Made by a program: the position numbers and the translations under genes
The notes under the pieces: model-generated
Seen by the model: only the letters and a program-made list of their open reading frames with translations
Database searches by the model: none
What the model was told of the DNA's origin: nothing
Source of the DNA: an uncultured virus (IMG/VR IMGVR_UViG_3300009785_000024)
Taxonomy: Duplodnaviria; Heunggongvirae; Uroviricota; Caudoviricetes
IMG/VR virus record: IMGVR_UViG_3300009785_000024
Strand: one strand, 5' to 3'
Length of the DNA: 64,000 nt
Shown here: positions 57,920 to 64,000 of the stretch, piece by piece
Position numbering within the stretch: the stretch's first letter is position 1
How the letters are laid out: each line of letters begins with the position of its first letter

Positions 57920-58398
57920 TATATAACTCCTATACTTAACCCCCAAGTATCTGCTTCGTTTTCAACATAATGTTTTACACCTTGTTCTATGAATATTCCT
58001 TCATCATCATATACTGGTTTAATAACACCATCTAAAGATACTTTCTTTTTGCCTTTGACAACATATAAGTAAACATCTTTATCATCTTTATGTTCTTTAA
58101 AACTAATACCTGGTTTCTGATTTACAAATAAATGAATATCTTGTCTTTTCTTTCCTGTGATATTCAATACTACTTCGTCTAAAACTTCTTTTAACCAGGC
58201 TACATCTTCTAAGCCTTCCACCTTAATAGTTTTAAATCTATCGTACTCTCTTATCCATTCTCCATAAGACATATGGTCTTTAACCTCACGGTCAAGTCCT
58301 TCTTCGTCTATGTAAAATAGTTGTCTTGCTTCGTATCTAGTGTGTGATTGGATTTCTTCTTTTAATCTGGAAATCCATAAGATTGTTTGTTCGTCCAT
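57919..58398 (-). CDS. JmjC/cupin-type oxygenase
   Basis: SF.EHKD..DV....V.G.K...IFI..GVKH (HxD...H). Confidence 0.72.
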   Translation of the reverse strand: MDEQTILWISRLKEEIQSHTRYEARQLFYIDEEGLDREVKDHMSYGEWIREYDRFKTIKVEGLEDVAWLKEVLDEVVLNITGKKRQDIHLFVNQKPGISFKEHKDDKDVYLYVVKGKKKVSLDGVIKPVYDDEGIFIEQGVKHYVENEADTWGLSIGVI

Positions 58399-58409
58399 AA
58401 TATATCTCC

Positions 58410-59711
58410 TTATTTACCAACAACAGCTTCTATAACTCTCTCTTCGTTAGAATCGTCATTGACTAAACTTTTTCCAATTAATGCACCGTTTCTTGGTTCT
58501 GCTTCAGCTCTAGCACATCCTGCAATACTACAAGATACTAACATATCGCCTTTTCTTACAGGACCACATACTCTTACTGGTACTCTTCCTGTCATTGCTA
58601 CCGTAGCGGTAACACCTTCTAAACTGCCATTCATAATAAAGGCAGGTTTTTCTGATTGAACACCAATAACTTTTGTGCAATGGTTTTCTGTACATATAGT
58701 TACCTCAGCTGTGCCACCTATACATAAGACGGTACCTACTGGATATTCTCTATCAGATTTATACTTTTCTGCCAAGTCAGCATATCTTGCTGATGTAGCA
58801 GTTGTTGTTAAAATATTTGTTGATGGATTGTAATATAATCCTGAATCTGCTTTTAGAACATTTGAACCTGAAGTACTATCAGCAAAAGTTAAATATCTTG
58901 TTGCGTTTTGAGTATTTTCAGTAGTTAAATCTACGGCACTTGATAATGAAGCAGTACCTGTAATAGTATTTGCAACTAAAGTGTCAACCGTTAATGTTGC
59001 AGAATTAAATCCTGATAGTTTTGCAATCGTAACCGAGTTATCAGCAATTTGTGAAGTACTTACAGCATTATCTGCTATCATAGTTTGTGTAACCGTATTC
59101 GTATCACCAGAAGTAATAAGAGTACCACTAGCGTCAGGTAGTGTAATTACATTATCTTGTGATGGGTCGTCTACTCGTAATGTAGTTTCAAAACTATTAG
59201 GAGTAGCACCTTCAAATTGCATTGAAGCACCATTGATTGTTAATCCAGCACCAACAAGTGTACCACCGGCAGATATACCACCTGTTGTGTTTAATTGTTC
59301 GTTACCAAAATCAATTGTACCACTTGCAGAAGTAATTGAAGAAGTACCAATCTGTATGTTCGCAATCTCAGCTGTTGTTGCAACATCAATTGTTGATAGA
59401 CCAGTTAAGTTTGTATTTAATCCGATTGTTAATGTATCTGGATTTGATACCGTTGCAGTAAGACCTGTACCACTCGCTACGGTTAATGTGTTACCAGAGG
59501 CAATACCTTGTACATTCGTTCCATCTGTTAATGTGAAACCAGCAGCTGCAATTGCAATACCATTGATTTCGTTAACAGCACCAATTACAGAAGTAGCAGA
59601 TAAAGTAGCATCCAGAGTGGCAATATCACCAAAATCTGAGGACGCTAATGCGTTAAATTCTATTCGTAATTTATCTAAACTATCTGTTTCTGTTACCTGT
59701 CTTACAGCCAT
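58410..59711 (-). CDS. Tail fibre protein with C-terminal ADLAE-type (autoproteolytic chaperone-like) domain
   Basis: T/S/G-rich body; YADLAEKY..G.V..IGG..EV, VA..GRVPV.V.G.V.KGD.LV. Confidence 0.8.
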   Translation of the reverse strand: MAVRQVTETDSLDKLRIEFNALASSDFGDIATLDATLSATSVIGAVNEINGIAIAAAGFTLTDGTNVQGIASGNTLTVASGTGLTATVSNPDTLTIGLNTNLTGLSTIDVATTAEIANIQIGTSSITSASGTIDFGNEQLNTTGGISAGGTLVGAGLTINGASMQFEGATPNSFETTLRVDDPSQDNVITLPDASGTLITSGDTNTVTQTMIADNAVSTSQIADNSVTIAKLSGFNSATLTVDTLVANTITGTASLSSAVDLTTENTQNATRYLTFADSTSGSNVLKADSGLYYNPSTNILTTTATSARYADLAEKYKSDREYPVGTVLCIGGTAEVTICTENHCTKVIGVQSEKPAFIMNGSLEGVTATVAMTGRVPVRVCGPVRKGDMLVSCSIAGCARAEAEPRNGALIGKSLVNDDSNEERVIEAVVGK

Positions 59712-59713
59712 TT

Positions 59714-59941
59714 TTATTTATCCTTACACATATTTTTTATTAAATCTTTTATTTCAAACAACTCTTGCTTTAAACTATTTATCTCTCTACACATTGACTT
59801 CATTTGGTTAAGATTACCTTTTCGCATTTGTATTCTTTTCATATACAACTCATATTCGCTTGAGTTTGTATTAATGATACCACCTGATTCCGTATCTCTT
59901 ATTAAAAATTCTTGTTGTTCAACTTTCAGAAATCTTGTCAT
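59714..59941 (-). CDS. Conserved small T4-like protein
   Basis: L.RD..SG.IINT...Y and EIN.LK.EL.EIK.L, typically found after VrlC-like genes. Confidence 0.7.
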   Translation of the reverse strand: MTRFLKVEQQEFLIRDTESGGIINTNSSEYELYMKRIQMRKGNLNQMKSMCREINSLKQELFEIKDLIKNMCKDK

Positions 59942-59945
59942 AATT

Positions 59946-62900
59946 TTAAATCGCTAATGCGATACCTCTCATGTCTCGTAAGATTGGTGGGTAACTAGTA
60001 TTAGTTCCTTTTAGTACAATCTTAATCTGAAACGCAGTAAAGGCGTTCAATTGTTCTTGTGAATATTGATATTCTTTAAAATCAAAATCATCTTTAGATT
60101 TTGAAACTGAATTATCTTCAACACCACCAGCATTGAAAGGTGTCCAGTCAATGTCTCCGATAGTTCTAACTTCATCAGCACTTGTTGTTCTAAAGTAAAC
60201 TTCAACTTTAGAAGTATCTCTAATAACTTGTGTTAATCTAATATCTAATGCAGTTGAGTTATTAATAAGTGTAACCGGTTTCGTAATATATTGAGACGCA
60301 GTTGATGAACCTTTTGCAGTAGTTTCAGGAACATAGTTAGGTGTATTACCACTAGTTGGATTATTTAATCTATTTGCAACACAGAAAGCACTACTTCTAT
60401 CTAAATCAATTACTGGAGACAACTTATTATTTGTCGTTGATAATTTCATAATAGTATAGAAAGATTTTTGTCCTGCCATTCTAGTTGTTTCATTTGGTCC
60501 AGACATAACAGCCTGTGGCGCAGTAAAGTAAATATCGTCTACTAATGTAACCGATTGTCTATTACTTTCAGAAACTAATGAATATGGTGTTTGAGCACCG
60601 TGAAGTGACTTACTAGATGTTGTTCTAATAAACGGTTCAATGTTTGTACCAGGAACGGTCATAGTTTGTAGACCACCTAGATTTAATACATCAAATTGTT
60701 TATTACCGGTAACAAGTATTGTTGTGCCTCCGATATCACCATCAGTATTTGCAGTTCCTGATGTTGTAATATCAAAACTATCTAATGTAATATTAGAAAT
60801 AGAAGTATATGTTCCGTTTATATCTGTCGAAGCAATACCGTTAAGAGTTCCTGAAGGAACACCAGATATAGTAACCACAGAATTAGTATCGTGCATATTG
60901 TGATTTGAATAGAAAACTCTAATTACACCTGAACCGTTTGTAGTTCTTAATCCGTTTTGTTTAATATTTTGTGCCGGTAGTTCTTTACTTCCTAAGTGAA
61001 CCGTACCTACGACATTACTAAACTCACATCTTTTCATTGTGAATTTCATATCTTCGTTTTGTTCAGCAGTCCAAGTTGAACCGTTTTGAGATTTGAACAT
61101 AACACCAGCATATGGTTGTTTAGATATTGTTCTATTAGAACCAATATTTGTTTCTCCTAATCTACCCACATACATATTGTAATCATTTGAGTTAGACAAT
61201 ACCGTCATTGCATATTCAACTTTATCTTGTATGTATATTGGTGCAGGGAATGTAAATGTTGTTTTAACTGAACCGTCTGTACTTGTATTTACAGCAGTTG
61301 GATTTAATGAAACTTCACCAAATGGTAATAATTTACTTCCAGGATAACCATTAACCGTATTTCTAATTTGAACGGTTACAGGAATGTTTGCGTCTTTTGT
61401 TGAAAAGAATAAATCAACAGAAGATATGAATACTCCACCAGGTTCATCTGTCATAAATGTTTGAGATAATGGATCAACCCAACCAACAATTTGCGTACCT
61501 GCTCTTGTAGATGTTTGTAAAATGGTTTGTGAATCTGTAACCGTTTGTTGTACACCTCTAAATTCTCTTGTAGAAACAATTGTGTCTCTAACGGTATTTA
61601 ATAATCCTCTTGCAATATATTCAGCATTAGCCGCAGTAGCAACAGCAGCTGCGTCTTGCGAGTTAGTAGAAGAAGAAGTTAATCTAAATGTTCTTTCTCC
61701 AGTTCTCCATCTAGGATTTGTATTTACTTTAGGATCCGGTATTGTGAATACTCCTTCAACAGCACCAGCACCGTCAGTAATTAAGTTACCACCAACTGAA
61801 CCACCGTCTGGTGTACAATAAGTAGCAATATTTACATTATCAAAGAATGGAAATACTCTTGTATTTGGTTTTAATCTTGTAGCTTTAAATGCAACATCAC
61901 GGCTTCTGATAAATGGTACAAATGCAACACTAACAACTCTATCTCCCATAGATGTTCTTATCGTTTGAGGTACGGCAGTTGTTGTAATACCTGACCTACT
62001 TTGGTTAACTTGGTTGATAGAAGTAGTTTCTGTTCTTTGTACAATAGCACGACCACGCATAAATCTTCCACCTGAAGCTGTAGTTGAAGATGTTAATGCT
62101 CTTCCAGTCCAGTTAGTTTGCCATTCATTCCATACCGTTCCAAGTGAGATTTCATCTTGGTCTGTAATACCACTTTGTCTTTGTAATTGGTCCCACGCAC
62201 CTGTAGTTGAGTTAACTACTAAATCAGGAGTTCTTTGTGTTTCTCTCCATTCATCACTTGATGGTGTTAAATCTATTGTTCCCATCCAACTGAAAATTGC
62301 AAATGGGTTAACATTAATTGCTTTAGAAGCAAAAGGTTGATTTATTAAATCTATTTCTGTAAATGGTAATGTTAGTACATCACCAGACTTTTGATAGTTT
62401 GCAGCCGCTCTGTCAGTAGCAACTAATGTTGTACCGTCTTCGTCAATCTCTTCTAGTTTTACAGCGTCTTGGTTAAACAAAGGTCTTAATTCGCCTTTTG
62501 CATAATCAATCGAACATCTGTATGAACCGTTGGTTACTTCACCGATACCGTGACCGTTAAAGTTGTCTACAACAAATCCATTTTTAAATCTATCGAAACC
62601 ATCAGCGTCTTGTATCTGTAAAGATTGAGCCGCAGTTTCTAATAGAGACAATTGAGTGTAATATTCAATTCTATCAATCTTCTTATCAATAGCACCAATA
62701 TCTCTCATTGTATATCTTCTATTTTCTACCGTCTCGTATGATACATCATCTGGTGACAATGTGTACGGTGGTAAAGAAAGAGTGTATAGGTGCATTGCGT
62801 TATCAATAGAACCTGGCTCTTGTGGTACATTTGCTTCAGCACCTTTAAGTACTTCAAAGGCACCTTCTTTATTTAAGAATAGTTTATCAACTCTTCCTTT

Positions 62901-64000
62901 GTAAAATTCGTGGTCTGTGGTCACATTTGTTTTAAACTTAACAACTTCAATTGAAGCTGTTGCAGGATAAGTTCTATCTTGTGTACCAGAGTTAATTGTA
63001 CTTGCGTCATCTACTCTAGGTCTAAAGTCTAATGTGTCTCTTAATTGATAAGTTTCTCCTGAAGTATCAGAAGTATAACTAGGTATTGCTGTGTAATCAA
63101 TAATACCAGAATAACTATCTACACTAAAGAAGTCACCAGAACCGTGTGTGAAATAATTAAATGTAATTAATAATTGTCCACTTGGTGCCAAGCTACCTTC
63201 TTTTCTTACTAGTCTAGCAATATCATAGAAGTTATCTCTTTGTCCACTATCAAGTGTAAATCTTGTTGTGATGTCTGTATCACTTGCAGTTGGTGTTGTA
63301 CTAAAGTCAGCCGCCATTTTAACAGATACTAATTGATATCCGTCAGCAACACCTAATGAAATATGATTTGCAGTTGCAGCTGCTGAAGTTGTAATAGTTG
63401 CTGTCGAGTTTGATACTAAATTTTTTGATTTTTCGTTTTGTGCAGATTTAGATATAGTCGCAATAATTTTTACTTCGTGGTCAGAGTGATTAGCACCAAA
63501 ATCTAAAGTTAATGAACGACCTACTGGAGAACCACCTAATGTGAAACAAGCATTACCTTCATGGTTATTACCTGTTGTAGATATCTTGTCACCAGCTGTA
63601 CCAGCAGAAGATGAACCACCTGCTGACATAATAGTTACCGAATAATCTTGTTCTTGTTGTGCAACAAAAGTTTCGCCTGTGTTTGCAGTAATTGTAATAT
63701 CACCAGTTGAAGATAAAGAACCTACAAATGTTTTTCTTACAATAAATGATGTATCAGAAATACCAGAGTTGTTTGCTGTTTTTAATGTTTTAATTGTTGT
63801 GTAAGGTAAAGAGAACAACGAAATGTTTTTACTTGCGTCTTGTAATTTTCCTCTTCTTCTTATAATCAATGAGTTTGAAACGGCAGTTGTTGAAATTGCA
63901 CTATCAAGTCTGATTGAAGATGAATTGACAATGTTAATTACCGTTCTAGTTAAAATAGTACCAGTCGTTGTTGCAAACTGAACACTATCTCCTACTTTTA
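59946..64000 (-). CDS. Large VrlC/DUF4815-like virion structural protein (5' end outside the window)
   Basis: LDFRP, NRRYTMRDIG..RIEYYTQLSLLE, RFKNGFVVDNF, NVNPF, DPLSQTF, FKSQNGSTW. The frame stays open to the window edge. Confidence 0.88.
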   Translation of the reverse strand, partial: KVGDSVQFATTTGTILTRTVINIVNSSSIRLDSAISTTAVSNSLIIRRRGKLQDASKNISLFSLPYTTIKTLKTANNSGISDTSFIVRKTFVGSLSSTGDITITANTGETFVAQQEQDYSVTIMSAGGSSSAGTAGDKISTTGNNHEGNACFTLGGSPVGRSLTLDFGANHSDHEVKIIATISKSAQNEKSKNLVSNSTATITTSAAATANHISLGVADGYQLVSVKMAADFSTTPTASDTDITTRFTLDSGQRDNFYDIARLVRKEGSLAPSGQLLITFNYFTHGSGDFFSVDSYSGIIDYTAIPSYTSDTSGETYQLRDTLDFRPRVDDASTINSGTQDRTYPATASIEVVKFKTNVTTDHEFYKGRVDKLFLNKEGAFEVLKGAEANVPQEPGSIDNAMHLYTLSLPPYTLSPDDVSYETVENRRYTMRDIGAIDKKIDRIEYYTQLSLLETAAQSLQIQDADGFDRFKNGFVVDNFNGHGIGEVTNGSYRCSIDYAKGELRPLFNQDAVKLEEIDEDGTTLVATDRAAANYQKSGDVLTLPFTEIDLINQPFASKAINVNPFAIFSWMGTIDLTPSSDEWRETQRTPDLVVNSTTGAWDQLQRQSGITDQDEISLGTVWNEWQTNWTGRALTSSTTASGGRFMRGRAIVQRTETTSINQVNQSRSGITTTAVPQTIRTSMGDRVVSVAFVPFIRSRDVAFKATRLKPNTRVFPFFDNVNIATYCTPDGGSVGGNLITDGAGAVEGVFTIPDPKVNTNPRWRTGERTFRLTSSSTNSQDAAAVATAANAEYIARGLLNTVRDTIVSTREFRGVQQTVTDSQTILQTSTRAGTQIVGWVDPLSQTFMTDEPGGVFISSVDLFFSTKDANIPVTVQIRNTVNGYPGSKLLPFGEVSLNPTAVNTSTDGSVKTTFTFPAPIYIQDKVEYAMTVLSNSNDYNMYVGRLGETNIGSNRTISKQPYAGVMFKSQNGSTWTAEQNEDMKFTMKRCEFSNVVGTVHLGSKELPAQNIKQNGLRTTNGSGVIRVFYSNHNMHDTNSVVTISGVPSGTLNGIASTDINGTYTSISNITLDSFDITTSGTANTDGDIGGTTILVTGNKQFDVLNLGGLQTMTVPGTNIEPFIRTTSSKSLHGAQTPYSLVSESNRQSVTLVDDIYFTAPQAVMSGPNETTRMAGQKSFYTIMKLSTTNNKLSPVIDLDRSSAFCVANRLNNPTSGNTPNYVPETTAKGSSTASQYITKPVTLINNSTALDIRLTQVIRDTSKVEVYFRTTSADEVRTIGDIDWTPFNAGGVEDNSVSKSKDDFDFKEYQYSQEQLNAFTAFQIKIVLKGTNTSYPPILRDMRGIALAI

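Noticed and set aside
58981..59811. 276-aa plus-strand ORF
   Set aside because: Antisense shadow of the T/S/G-rich tail fibre gene; no RBS, promoter or motif.
1..64000. tRNA genes, stop-codon reassignment or cyanophage identity
   Set aside because: Intergenic gaps are short with no cloverleaf seen; core genes are full length in the standard code; no photosystem genes, and ALAS points away from cyanobacteria, which use the C5 pathway.

Overview
AT-rich (roughly one-third GC by eye) 64 kb segment of a T4-like myovirus genome, probably aquatic. All credible genes are on the minus strand. It holds the recombination/late-transcription block (gp46, gp47, gp55, uvsW, uvsY), the canonical head-tail morphogenesis block (gp3, gp13-gp23) and a large tail-fibre/RCC1-repeat/VrlC-like structural region, with many T4 late promoters (TATAAATA) and several consensus sigma70 promoters. 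Accessory content is rich: an AlkB-type alkane monooxygenase, a late-promoter-driven ALA synthase / heme oxygenase / bilin reductase cassette with an extra degenerate heme-oxygenase paralog, peptide deformylase, and a modification-type cluster (GNAT-AspH fusion, PLP enzyme, 2OG oxygenase, atypical methyltransferase). The most striking element is a ~10 kb RiPP-like cluster embedded among tail genes (48015-58398). It has four radical SAM/SPASM enzymes, three Fe/2OG or JmjC oxygenases and several unknown proteins, all surrounding a virion-like protein that ends in CHSSCHSSCHGSRGRR, a candidate substrate. By eye the DNA also strongly avoids GATC, GCATC, ACGT and ACWGT, with a notable GGAT-context exception. 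An alphaproteobacterial host is inferred (Shemin-pathway ALA synthase), not shown. All calls come from motif recognition only; no searches were run.
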